This document shows, in pieces, positions 8,345 to 17,420 of a DNA stretch of 56,915 nucleotides. The stretch's first letter is position 1. Every line of letters begins with the position of its first letter. The notes beneath the pieces are model-generated. The model made no database searches, was not told the DNA's origin, and saw only the letters and a list, made by a program, of their open reading frames with translations. The stretch comes from a virus (taxonomy: Duplodnaviria; Caudoviricetes), in the IMG/VR virus record IMGVR_UViG_3300007735_000758, positions 1 to 56,915 of that record, one strand, 5' to 3'. A program made the position numbers and the translations under genes.

Positions 8345-10895
8345 CCGACCCTCCCATAGCATCCATTCGAGCCAGAATCTCAGCAATCTTGGCCTTTGCC
8401 ATGTCGTTTTCGGTCTGAATGCGCTGCATCTCAGCCTGAATACGGGCTTCGGACTCCTGCCGATCCTTCTGGAGACGTTCAATTTCTAGTTGCAGGCGCT
8501 GATTGTCTAGCGCCAGTTCGCTTTGTACCTGTTGCGCCTTTACTGCGGCGGTTTGCTGTGCCATTTGCGCTTGAGATTGGATCCGTGCCGTCTCCAATTG
8601 CGCTTTCGTCTGGTTCTTAACCATCTCCAACTGCGCTTTCTGCTGCGATTCTTGCGCTTTCTGCTGGAGTTCAGCCTGTTTGATCTGCAGCTCAGCCTGC
8701 TGAAGCTGCATAACAGGATCTTGAGCTTGCTGTTGAAACTGTTGCTGCTGCTGTTGCGCTTGCGCCTGCTGTAGAAGCATCGTAGATGCGTCTGCAATGG
8801 CCTTGCTGAGGTTCGATTCAATGTCCCCAGGCATAGGTTCTCCCGGCGCGGGAAGCGGTATACCGAGCTTCTGTTCAATCTGGGCGCGATATGCAAACCC
8901 AACGTGTTCTGCGATATGCGCCATGAATGCAGCGAAGATTGCGTTTGCCTGAGGATTCTGTCCTAGCTGTTGTTGGACGGACGGAGACTGCACATACGCC
9001 ATATGCGCTTTGATGTGCGACTCATGATCCTGCACCTGATAAGCCTTTGCAGGCTTCATGTTGGTGAGGTTGATATTCTCAGAGAGCGGGTCGAGTAGGG
9101 GAGCGTCTATCTTCTCTGGAATAATCTTCTTAACGTCCTTAATGCCAAGGACTTCCAGCATCTTCCGATGCAACTCAGGCAGGTCGTAGAATTGCGGCGC
9201 TTGAGCAGCAAGCTGGATTGCAGCCTGATACTGCATAACCCGCTGCGACATCGTAGCCGCATTCGGATCAGATACAGGGATAACGTCGATGCGATCACTA
9301 AAGTCATCGCGTTTGCTCCCGTCCATCTTTCCGAAATCAATCTTGTAACGATCCGATCCGCTATCGCGGATTACCCGGACCAGAATAGAAAACTCGTCTT
9401 GCAGGGAAGCGTGTAGCCTTGCCTGGATTGCGCTCATTACCTTGAGCGCCCGTTCCATAATTGCCAGCGTTGTCCCTACTGGAGCCTGAGAATTAACATC
9501 TCCAATCTCAGCATCAGCAATAGATGCCAACCTGCGACCATCTTCGACGACATTCCCCAAGAGTTGGAACAGAGTCTGCGAAGGCTCTTTGTACGGGAGG
9601 GGATAGAGCGAACGAGCGATGTCACCATTCGCAACGTCTACATCTCGCCACTCCCCAGGTTGAATTGGAGAGTCGTCTCCAGCAACACGCATCCCCTTTG
9701 CTTTCAAGCCGCCAGGAAGATTTGCCAGGGTGCCAGAATCAATTAGCTGGCGCAAAATAGCGGTAGAGGCTTTGGCGTTTCCACCGATGAGGTGAATCAA
9801 GCCGTAGCCGTATGCACCCATACCAGGAACATAGTTGTATGCCGAGAACCAGATCAGCTTGTTCTTCTTCGGATCGCTTTCGTCCCAATTGCGATAGACA
9901 GAAAGTACCTTGCCGGAAGACTTGTCTACCGTGACAACATACGGAAGAGCGATTCCTGTTGGCTCACCGTCTTCGTCGGTATGCTCCAGCCCTTCAATGT
10001 CCAGATCAATGTGGGCCTCAAGCAGCGTGACCATATCCTCGTCACCCTGCTTGTACTCGTAGCTAATCTTGTCGATCTTGTCTTTAAGCTGAGAGTTGGA
10101 GTCGTAATCAGGTTGAATGCTTGCTTCCCGATAAAACCCTGTATACTGTAGCTTCTTTACTTCGTTTATGTTCTTTGCAAGAACATGGATATACCTGCTT
10201 GCCGTTTTAAGCGATGTAGCTCCATACGGCATAATGAAGTCCTGCGCCGGGACATACTTGATATCGGGCATATCCGTCAGAGGATCGAAGCAGATCTTCT
10301 TGAAAGCAGATCCGCACAGCGCCAGACCAAACAGCATTCGCTCTGTTTCAGGCCGATAGTCTTTCAAATCCTGCGTTAGCAGGTAGTTCATGTCGGTCTG
10401 GATTCGGAGAGCCTGATCTTCTTTTTCTTCGGTTACCTCTCCAACGATCTGAGTCTTGACCGGACCGGAGGCCGGGAAGATCTCCATGATGGCATTGGAT
10501 TGGAAGCGAACAGCGGCCTCCATAATCATGTTGTGGAAAAGTCCACACGCGCCAGCCCAAGGCTTGTTGCGATCCTCTGTCTTTACCCCTAGATAATCCA
10601 GGCCCTCTTTATAGGCGCGTTCCCAATCCTGCCTGGAGTTCAAGTCCTCCTCGTATACATCGAGGACTTTTGTTCCGATGCTGGATAGGATATTGTCGTC
10701 CAGATGCTCTGCTAGGTTGGCAGAGTGAGGAAGGTCTTTCAGGCTATCGCCTTCCTCCTCAGGTGGGCCAAACTCAATAATCATCCCACCGTCTTCAGTT
10801 TCAATTGAGACAGCCTCTGGATTTACAATGTCAATCTCAACCTCCGCTTCTTCTCTAAGCAGGGGGTCCATCTCTTCCAAAGGCTTGTCGATCAT
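8328..10895 (-). CDS. Portal protein (P22-like, long C-terminal Gln-rich barrel)
   Basis: 855 aa downstream of terL (PWAGACG, GSAFKK, GTLANLPGG) with a long coiled-coil C-terminus. Confidence 0.88.
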   Translation of the reverse strand: MIDKPLEEMDPLLREEAEVEIDIVNPEAVSIETEDGGMIIEFGPPEEEGDSLKDLPHSANLAEHLDDNILSSIGTKVLDVYEEDLNSRQDWERAYKEGLDYLGVKTEDRNKPWAGACGLFHNMIMEAAVRFQSNAIMEIFPASGPVKTQIVGEVTEEKEDQALRIQTDMNYLLTQDLKDYRPETERMLFGLALCGSAFKKICFDPLTDMPDIKYVPAQDFIMPYGATSLKTASRYIHVLAKNINEVKKLQYTGFYREASIQPDYDSNSQLKDKIDKISYEYKQGDEDMVTLLEAHIDLDIEGLEHTDEDGEPTGIALPYVVTVDKSSGKVLSVYRNWDESDPKKNKLIWFSAYNYVPGMGAYGYGLIHLIGGNAKASTAILRQLIDSGTLANLPGGLKAKGMRVAGDDSPIQPGEWRDVDVANGDIARSLYPLPYKEPSQTLFQLLGNVVEDGRRLASIADAEIGDVNSQAPVGTTLAIMERALKVMSAIQARLHASLQDEFSILVRVIRDSGSDRYKIDFGKMDGSKRDDFSDRIDVIPVSDPNAATMSQRVMQYQAAIQLAAQAPQFYDLPELHRKMLEVLGIKDVKKIIPEKIDAPLLDPLSENINLTNMKPAKAYQVQDHESHIKAHMAYVQSPSVQQQLGQNPQANAIFAAFMAHIAEHVGFAYRAQIEQKLGIPLPAPGEPMPGDIESNLSKAIADASTMLLQQAQAQQQQQQFQQQAQDPVMQLQQAELQIKQAELQQKAQESQQKAQLEMVKNQTKAQLETARIQSQAQMAQQTAAVKAQQVQSELALDNQRLQLEIERLQKDRQESEARIQAEMQRIQTENDMAKAKIAEILARMDAMGGSVGPEV

Positions 10896-10903
10896 AAGAG
10901 TAC

Positions 10904-11191
10904 CTAGTTTTCCGTGTTGGCCGGAATGGCATCAGCTTGAAGCATCTGCTGCCACATACCGGGGTTCTTGTTAATCGTATCTCGAATCAATCCAACATTG
11001 TGTCCGGTAGACCCATTGTTGTATTCGATGCAATACTGACGAGCCTTGCCGTCTCCCGGCTCAGGAAAAGGGCCAGACCATTGCGGGATATAGATTTTAG
11101 CAACCCCGCCGCCAATATTAGCCGCATTTAACTTGGCAACAATATCATCAACTTCTTCCATGGTAGCTAACTGATTGGGATTAAAAGACAT
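10904..11191 (-). CDS. Hypothetical protein inserted between terL and portal
   Basis: 95-aa ORF sharing an NPxxxAT...GG...GP...NxGL pattern with part of 43954..48393. Confidence 0.7.
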   Translation of the reverse strand: MSFNPNQLATMEEVDDIVAKLNAANIGGGVAKIYIPQWSGPFPEPGDGKARQYCIEYNNGSTGHNVGLIRDTINKNPGMWQQMLQADAIPANTEN

Positions 11192-11197
11192 AAAGTT

Positions 11198-12739
11198 TTA
11201 GTAGTAATCTGCTTTGGCGCGAACAACGTATTCTTCTTCGTCGTCGTTCTGTGTGGAAATAAAACCACCTTGCCTAAACCTCAACAAAGCCTGCGTTGAG
11301 CTATCAACAAGGTCATCATGATCTGAATTAGGAAACGATGCAAACTGCTCTATCACCTCTTCTGCCCAGCGCAATGGAGGCGCATAGACAAAGCCAGAGG
11401 CAAATATGTCGCTTACAGCGTTCACGCGAACTATCTTATCATTTCCTCTAGATGGAGTGTAATCCTGTACCGGGATGCCCATCTTCCTCAACTCGAAGAC
11501 AAGAGGAGCGCCAGCAGCCTTTGCTTCGATAATGCAGGCATCTGGCTTCCAATACTTGTATTCCTCTAGGGCTTTTTGCTTGAGTTCGGGGAACTCAAGT
11601 TTATCTTGATAAGCATTGAGTAGGATGATGTTTGCCCTTTGCTTGCCGTCTGAATCTCTGTCGTAAAACACTCCCCATGTAGTACAGGCGCTGTAGTCTG
11701 ACCGAGTTCCCTTGGTAAGCGCCGTGTCCCAGGACTGGATAATGTACTCGCACTTGGGGGGATCGTCTTTATCCCAGATCTTCCACCACTCTCTCTTTAC
11801 CAGCGCCCCCTCTTCCGAGGTAGGATTTTGCTGGTACTGAGCATTCCACTTGGCAACAGGCAATTCTGCCTTGATCTTTTCCAGTTCTTCTAAAGGCCAA
11901 AACTCAGGCCACAGAGGATTACCGGAAGGCATGATTGCCGGGAACTCAATCACTTCCCATTCATCTGCACCGTCTCTTTCCGATGCGGCCTTCAAGATCT
12001 GCCCACAGAGGTCTTTTTTAGACCACCTCGTCATAACGAGAATAATTGCGCCTCCAGGTTGCAAACGCTGACGAGGGCCAGACGTATACCACTCGTATAC
12101 GCTATCGTAAACACCTGGGCTTGTTGCTGCTATAGCAGCCTCTTGTTCGCTATGTGGGTCGTCTATAATCAGAAGGTCCGACCCTTTGCCCGTCACACTA
12201 CCACCAACACCTATTGCAAAGTATTCGCCCTGCTTATTTGTGTTCCACCTGCCAGCAGCCTTGCTATCTGAAGACAAAGAGACTCCAGAGAAAATTGATT
12301 GATATTGTTGACTACCTACTAGGTTCCTGACCTTTCTGCCAAACCCAACTGCTAATTCAGCAGTATGTGCTGTTTGAATTACTTTTTTGTGTGGGTATTT
12401 ACCAAGGAACCACGCTGGAAGCAAATAAGAGCTAAACTCGCTTTTTGTGTGACGAGGAGCCATGTTAATTATCAATCTTTTGCATTTACCTTCTGCTACT
12501 CGCTCAAAGGCATCTGCCATGATTGCATGGTGCCGACCAGGAATAAACGCAGGCCACATCTCTTTTACAAAGTCTAAGAACTTGTTCTGGCAGGTTTGCA
12601 CCTTGAGGTACTTCTCGTATTTCGTTAAAAGCTCTGCCAGTTCAAGCTGCTCGTGGTATGGCAGCGTCTTTGCTTTTGCGATGATTGTGTCAATCTGCTG
12701 AGGAGTGTATTCCCCGGCGAGGACATTCCTTATATTCAC
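11198..12739 (-). CDS. terL: Terminase large subunit
   Basis: Walker A-like APRHTKS, Walker B LLIIDDP, MTRW, nuclease QSWDTA and HDDLVDS. Confidence 0.95.
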   Translation of the reverse strand: MNIRNVLAGEYTPQQIDTIIAKAKTLPYHEQLELAELLTKYEKYLKVQTCQNKFLDFVKEMWPAFIPGRHHAIMADAFERVAEGKCKRLIINMAPRHTKSEFSSYLLPAWFLGKYPHKKVIQTAHTAELAVGFGRKVRNLVGSQQYQSIFSGVSLSSDSKAAGRWNTNKQGEYFAIGVGGSVTGKGSDLLIIDDPHSEQEAAIAATSPGVYDSVYEWYTSGPRQRLQPGGAIILVMTRWSKKDLCGQILKAASERDGADEWEVIEFPAIMPSGNPLWPEFWPLEELEKIKAELPVAKWNAQYQQNPTSEEGALVKREWWKIWDKDDPPKCEYIIQSWDTALTKGTRSDYSACTTWGVFYDRDSDGKQRANIILLNAYQDKLEFPELKQKALEEYKYWKPDACIIEAKAAGAPLVFELRKMGIPVQDYTPSRGNDKIVRVNAVSDIFASGFVYAPPLRWAEEVIEQFASFPNSDHDDLVDSSTQALLRFRQGGFISTQNDDEEEYVVRAKADYY

Positions 12740-12785
12740 ATCACCATCATGCCCTAAATATCTGTATGCCGATACAATTCATAGT

Positions 12786-13028
12786 ATGGAAAAAATTGAA
12801 CAGCTCCTTTCTGACCTTCGAGTCGAAGCGGCTGAAAGCAGAGTTCACCTTGCTCACATCTCAGAGCATCTAGCAAAGCTAAACGGGCGCACCCAAAAAA
12901 GCGAAGAAAGAATTTCCTCGCTAGACACTGAGATCCAAAGCGCCAAGAAAGCATGGACAGCCGTTGTAGCAATTGCCTCTGGCGTTGGAGCAACATTATC
13001 TTGGCTTTACAATTTCCTGTCGAAGTAA
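12786..13028 (+). CDS. Coiled-coil protein with C-terminal TM helix (XhlA/holin-like)
   Basis: 80 aa from ATG 12786; hydrophobic AWTAVVAIASGVGATLSWLYNFL; followed by a terminator. Confidence 0.6.
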   Translation: MEKIEQLLSDLRVEAAESRVHLAHISEHLAKLNGRTQKSEERISSLDTEIQSAKKAWTAVVAIASGVGATLSWLYNFLSK

Positions 13029-13060
13029 AAAAAGGCCCCTCTTTCGAGGAGCCTATTTTT
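13026..13060. terminator. Probable bidirectional intrinsic terminator
   Basis: A-run, imperfect stem AGGCCCCTC-TTTC-GAGGAGCCT, then a T-run; between convergent genes. Confidence 0.7.
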
Positions 13061-13131
13061 ATGCCCAAACCAACAGGAGGACCGAACAATCGGAGGAGGT
13101 GTCCGGTACAAGACTCCTTTATCCTAGCACA

Positions 13132-13392
13132 CTACTTCTTGCCTGAGACGTAAATTTCGTAAGCGCCGTCTACTATTAGAAAATCTTCTTCTTTGCTTTG
13201 CTCTTTCCTGGGATCTACCAAACAAGACGAAAGCCAATTTGTAATGTGGGCGATCTCGTACACAACGATGCCTCTCTTGGTTTTAGAAAAGATGGGGCCG
13301 TACCCTACACTGCGCCAGTACTTTAGGCAAGGCACGGAGACTTTCAGGTACTTCGATAGCTCCCTCTCCGTTACGACCTCTTCTCTCTTCAC
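13132..13392 (-). CDS. AlpA/excisionase-type HTH protein
   Basis: TERELSKYLKVSVPCLKYWRSVGYGP...VYE...WL. Confidence 0.75.
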   Translation of the reverse strand: MKREEVVTERELSKYLKVSVPCLKYWRSVGYGPIFSKTKRGIVVYEIAHITNWLSSCLVDPRKEQSKEEDFLIVDGAYEIYVSGKK

Positions 13393-13395
13393 GCA

Positions 13396-13656
13396 CTACG
13401 AGCATAACAGCTTGAATGTCCTGCGCCCCGTAGTGAACCCCTGATACTCTGCGCCGATCAATTCTTGCCCCGTTAGCTCTTTAATGAACGGTGCCAGGGA
13501 ACGACACCACTCCTCCCCCTCCTCCACCTTTGCCTCCTCTCTCTGGCGCTCCTCTTCGAGGATCTCGCAAACCTCCTCTGCGCTGCCGCCTTCCTTCTCT
13601 ACACGCTTCATCGCGCAACGCATCGACTCCATCTCAATCAATTGTTCTTTATCCAT
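13396..13656 (-). CDS. Acidic hypothetical protein
   Basis: 86 aa; TACAAT 8 nt upstream of the ATG. Confidence 0.5.
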   Translation of the reverse strand: MDKEQLIEMESMRCAMKRVEKEGGSAEEVCEILEEERQREEAKVEEGEEWCRSLAPFIKELTGQELIGAEYQGFTTGRRTFKLLCS

Positions 13657-13706
13657 GTAGACAGATTGTATACCACAGACTGCTACAGCGCCACATAAAA
13701 TTGCTA

Positions 13707-13735
13707 TTGCGATTGCGATCAGGGTGCTGTATGAT
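13707..13735 (+). promoter_or_regulatory. Sigma70-like promoter pointing into a non-coding region
   Basis: TTGCGA-17 nt-TATGAT. Confidence 0.55.
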
Positions 13736-14020
13736 GAATGTGCCGAAAGGTTCTCAGGCAGACGTTATGGTGGCTGCATCACCACTGAGATAGCCATGGA
13801 TTCAAGAAAGCACTGGTGAGACGACAATAATTTTCCATAGGGCCGCAGTTCAAAGAGCGGTACTGAGTTCTGGTAGCCACCCACTATCGGCATTCACCTA
13901 GAGAATCAATGCTTACGCTCTAGGTCAAAGAGATGACGGGCCAGGGACATTGGGATGCCTTGGTCCAGCTTGGAAACCGAAGGAAAAGGATCAGACCCGA
14001 GATATTGCATATACCTTCCT

Positions 14021-14130
14021 TCTTATCTATATTTTAGATGCAATTCTATAATGTATAGATAAGAGTATATTATCTTAGATATTCTATAGATTATATACAA
14101 AGCCTACGCGCTGGATCTGTATATGGTATA
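14021..14130. other. AT-rich segment with an 11-bp inverted repeat (candidate replication origin)
   Basis: TCTTATCTATA (14021-14031) / TATAGATAAGA (14054-14064) in a strongly AT-rich intergenic tract. Confidence 0.4.
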
Positions 14131-14476
14131 TCCCAAGAAAAGCCCTATTGTCTTTTTTTTGGATAAGGGGTAGCGCGAAGTGACTGGCTAACACTATTGA
14201 GCAAAGGAGAATCACCGTTGTTCTGGAAGTGGCAGCGTGGAAACTGTGGACCTTAGCCAGTCTCTTGGCGTTATCACCAGATAGCGTTAGATTTAAAAAT
14301 TCACACAAGGAAAAAAATAAAGGCAAACGACAAAACGGAAAACCCACAACTACCCGACAGCCCCCGCCTGAGCAGCGGGGGCGAGCTAAAGCAGGTTAAG
14401 CAACTTTAACAATACGCGCCAAGTTTAGGCACGTCCCTCCCTCCTGCTACTCCCTGAAAAGCATAAGCTATTGAAT

Positions 14477-14704
14477 ATGCTAGGGAAACCGCTCCTACTC
14501 GATACTGACGTTGCAAAGCTAACAGGTGCCTCTGTGTCCTCCGTACGCAAATGGAGAAGCCAGAATAGAGGACCGTGCTTCTTGCGCCTTGGTGCATCTG
14601 TACGATACAAGGAAGAAGATGTGCTACACTACATGATGTCTGGCACACTCTATGAGGAAACAGGCATCAAGATAAAAAGGAATAAACGTAGTGAAAGACA
14701 ATGA
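14477..14704 (+). CDS. AlpA/excisionase-type HTH protein
   Basis: LLLDTDVAKLTGASVSSVRKWRSQNRGPCFLRLGASVRY. Confidence 0.8.
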   Translation: MLGKPLLLDTDVAKLTGASVSSVRKWRSQNRGPCFLRLGASVRYKEEDVLHYMMSGTLYEETGIKIKRNKRSERQ

Positions 14705-14985
14705 CACTAAGCGAAATGATGAACAACAATATGCCGATTGAACCGCTTCTCCGGGAAGGCGATGTCGCGAAGATCTTGAACGTATCGGTTCAGCAGATCC
14801 GCACTATGCGCCGGATCAACACTGGGCCGAAGGTTACCAGGATTGGCGCTCGTACCGTTCGCTACAGCCCTTCGGATATTCGGGCATATCTAACGTCCTT
14901 CCAGCCCAAACAAACGAACCAGGAGGCTCCTGTGGCGCAGAAGCATCCCTCTACAACGATGTTGGTCGAGGACATCTTCAAATGA
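14701..14985 (+). CDS. AlpA/excisionase-type HTH protein
   Basis: LLREGDVAKILNVSVQQIRTMRRINTGPKVTRIGARTVRY. Confidence 0.85.
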   Translation: MTLSEMMNNNMPIEPLLREGDVAKILNVSVQQIRTMRRINTGPKVTRIGARTVRYSPSDIRAYLTSFQPKQTNQEAPVAQKHPSTTMLVEDIFK

Positions 14986-15185
14986 GCGTGAGCATGAGCG
15001 AAAACAACGAAGACATTGGCTTTGCCAAGATTACCGAAGTCGCCAAGTACCTCAACATCTCTAAGGCAATGGTAAACAAGATGCTGCACAAAGGACAGAT
15101 CCCGTATACCAAGTTTGGGAAGGTATACCGGATTCCGTGGGCGTGGCTTAAACAAGCCGCCAAGCCCAAGCAAATCGAACAATAA
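14982..15185 (+). CDS. Excisionase-family HTH protein
   Basis: EVAKYLNISKAMVNKMLHKGQIPYTKFGKVYRIP. Confidence 0.85.
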   Translation: MSVSMSENNEDIGFAKITEVAKYLNISKAMVNKMLHKGQIPYTKFGKVYRIPWAWLKQAAKPKQIEQ

Positions 15186-15208
15186 ACCCAAACCAACAGG
15201 AGGAAGAT

Positions 15209-15496
15209 ATGACAGTTGATGACTGGAGAGTTAAGTACGAGATTTTAAACGCCGAGACCGACCGGCTGCGGGCGGAGGTCGAGCGGCTGCGGGAGGACGC
15301 AGCGCGGGCGCGGTGGTGCGAGGAGAACAAGGCCGATGTCGTGTGGGACTGGCGCGGAAACCAATGGCGCTGCGAGAACGGAGACGACATGTGGATGGAT
15401 CAGGACAGGAACGCCGCCATCGATTACGTGCGCAGGGGCGTGCCGTTTTGGCAGTCGCCAACCGCCGAGGATCAGCAGGAGGGACGCAATGTCTGA
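15209..15496 (+). CDS. Hypothetical phage protein
   Basis: Strong SD AGGAGG; coiled coil followed by DAARARW...DQDRNAAID. Confidence 0.75.
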   Translation: MTVDDWRVKYEILNAETDRLRAEVERLREDAARARWCEENKADVVWDWRGNQWRCENGDDMWMDQDRNAAIDYVRRGVPFWQSPTAEDQQEGRNV

Positions 15497-15608
15497 CCGC
15501 CAAGCCGCCGAAGACCGCGACGATCTGGCGCGGGAGCAGCGGGAGAACAGACGAGAACGAGAGGAGTATTTGGAGGACGAGGAGAACACCTATGGAAAAC
15601 AGGATTGA
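15489..15608 (+). CDS. Small acidic protein (39 aa)
   Basis: SD GGAGGG upstream of ATG 15489. Confidence 0.5.
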   Translation: MSDRQAAEDRDDLAREQRENRREREEYLEDEENTYGKQD

Positions 15609-15945
15609 TCTGGACGCGCTGGAAGCGGCGCTGGCGAAGAAAAGCGAGAAGCCGTGGGGATGGGCGGATTGCGTGTCGGCGTGCGTAGAAAATATGCCCG
15701 CCCTCATCGCCGAGTTGCGGGAGCTGCGAGCGCGGGTGACGCCGGAGGTAATCAGGGAGAAGCACAAGGACGGCAACTGGTGGCTGGTGTGGAGTCCTTT
15801 GGGTAACCAGTGGTATAAAGCTCTGTGGCATAACGGCCATTGGGAGATGACCGGAAGATTGGGGTTGTTTAATAAAGCCACCCACGCCCTCCCGCTCCCG
15901 CCTGCGTTGGAGGTGCGGCGCGGGGAGGAGGTGCTGGATGCGTGA
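15592..15945 (+). CDS. Hypothetical phage protein
   Basis: SD AGGAG; C-terminal ATHALPLPPA resembles DUF551-type ends. Confidence 0.65.
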   Translation: MENRIDLDALEAALAKKSEKPWGWADCVSACVENMPALIAELRELRARVTPEVIREKHKDGNWWLVWSPLGNQWYKALWHNGHWEMTGRLGLFNKATHALPLPPALEVRRGEEVLDA

Positions 15946-16144
15946 TCCGTTCGTAGATCCCCAGCCGGGGGATGTCATAGAAGTAAACAAACTTAAAGCT
16001 TGGATCGTAAAAGAACGAACAGATGAATCAGTAGTGTTTGATGCAGACGAACCGGGAGCCGTAGAGGAATGCGAGTTGCCCTTGGGGGCATGGCAATCAG
16101 CACTAGAGAGAATAAAGACTGCTCGTGTTATTTGCCGAGGCTAG
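15938..16144 (+). CDS. Hypothetical protein
   Basis: MRDPFVDPQPGDVI; SD GGAGG. Confidence 0.7.
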   Translation: MRDPFVDPQPGDVIEVNKLKAWIVKERTDESVVFDADEPGAVEECELPLGAWQSALERIKTARVICRG

Positions 16145-16154
16145 GAGGAGAAGA

Positions 16155-16334
16155 ATGAAGACGGCGCTGTTTGCCTTGCATTTTGCCTGTCAATGGACAG
16201 TTTTCGTACTGCTCTGGCGATATGTGGTGAGGCCCGAAAATGATTGGATGATCTGCGCCCTGGCGGCAGGATGTTGGCTTTGGGTGGCAGTCGTAGGCGT
16301 AATCGTTGGCATATGGATCAAGAACACCTTTTAG
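16155..16334 (+). CDS. Small two-TM membrane protein
   Basis: SD AGGAGG; two hydrophobic stretches. Confidence 0.65.
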   Translation: MKTALFALHFACQWTVFVLLWRYVVRPENDWMICALAAGCWLWVAVVGVIVGIWIKNTF

Positions 16335-16342
16335 GAAAACGC

Positions 16343-16732
16343 ATGGAACAAGTAAATCAATTAGAAAAGAAGTGGCCTAGAGAACACGATGCTGTTATCG
16401 CAGAGAAGGTAGAAGGTCTAAAGATAACAACAGAACGCTTCAGCGCCGGGGTAGAGGGCCGTACTACTACATGGAATCGGTACTTCTACAACAACCCTGA
16501 TTGGGGGATGATTGAGATTCCTTCCTACAACGAACCCAAGCATTTCTTTCGCGCCCTAGAGAAGTGGCGGAAAGAATCAACAAACCGATACTGGGTCATC
16601 GAATCAAGCTATGGGGCAGACGGTGAGATGGCTTGTTATTTAATCAATACAAAAGAAGGTATTAGGGTTAACGAATACGGCAAAGACGCTCCAGCATGGG
16701 CGCTATACAAAACTGTAGTTAATGAAGTATAA
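16343..16732 (+). CDS. Hypothetical protein
   Basis: 129 aa from ATG 16343. Confidence 0.65.
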   Translation: MEQVNQLEKKWPREHDAVIAEKVEGLKITTERFSAGVEGRTTTWNRYFYNNPDWGMIEIPSYNEPKHFFRALEKWRKESTNRYWVIESSYGADGEMACYLINTKEGIRVNEYGKDAPAWALYKTVVNEV

Positions 16733-16763
16733 TAGAACAACAGGAGAGCAATAGGAATACAAC

Positions 16764-17015
16764 ATGAAGATCCATAAAGACGATCACGCTACACAGCCAG
16801 TAAGAGAAAAGATTGAAATAACGCTTCCATATTTAACCCATGTAGAACTTACCAATCTCTTTGTAGAAGAGGTCAACGCGCCAGGATATATCTTCGATTA
16901 CATCTACAATCACTTTGCGTCTAGGTTTCCTGAGTGGAAAGAGCATGGGTGGAGCGTTGTTGCTAGTTCCTCTTACGAAGGGTACATTGGTCTAATCGCA
17001 CGGAGGGAGCCTTAA
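16764..17015 (+). CDS. Hypothetical protein
   Basis: 83-aa ORF with SD. Confidence 0.65.
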   Translation: MKIHKDDHATQPVREKIEITLPYLTHVELTNLFVEEVNAPGYIFDYIYNHFASRFPEWKEHGWSVVASSSYEGYIGLIARREP

Positions 17016-17026
17016 GGCTCCCTTTC

Positions 17027-17323
17027 ATGCTTCTCCCTTCCCCTACCTGCCTAATCTGTTCTGCGCCAAGACACAACAAGAGAGACGGCCCTTACTGCCT
17101 AGAACACGTTCGAGAGCGCCACAGGAACAACCAGAGGCGTCTCTACGGCACAGACCCTAACCTACCTCCCCCCGCGCCAAGAAAGTTCCCTAGAGGCTGC
17201 TGTAGCGTTTGCGGCGCTACTCCCTACAAGGACGGTAAGTGCAACATTTGCTTGAAGATATACAAGCAGATCAAACAAAAAAAAAGACAATCCAACAAGG
17301 AGAAGATGTGCAGGAAGAATTAG
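17027..17323 (+). CDS. Cys-rich (Zn-binding) protein
   Basis: CLIC...CLEH and CSVC...CNIC. Confidence 0.6.
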   Translation: MLLPSPTCLICSAPRHNKRDGPYCLEHVRERHRNNQRRLYGTDPNLPPPAPRKFPRGCCSVCGATPYKDGKCNICLKIYKQIKQKKRQSNKEKMCRKN

Positions 17324-17420
17324 ATTGCAAAAAATTGAAGCTGCGGCTAGATGCCGTGGATGTGTTGATGGAGAAGAAGGAGGAAGCGCAGCGGGTGATG
17401 GGTGGACTGCGGGAGGGGAA

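Noticed and set aside
13132-15185. Lysogeny module (cI/cro, integrase, attP)
   Set aside because: The HTH proteins are AlpA/Xis type; no integrase, CI-like peptidase repressor or att core was recognised.
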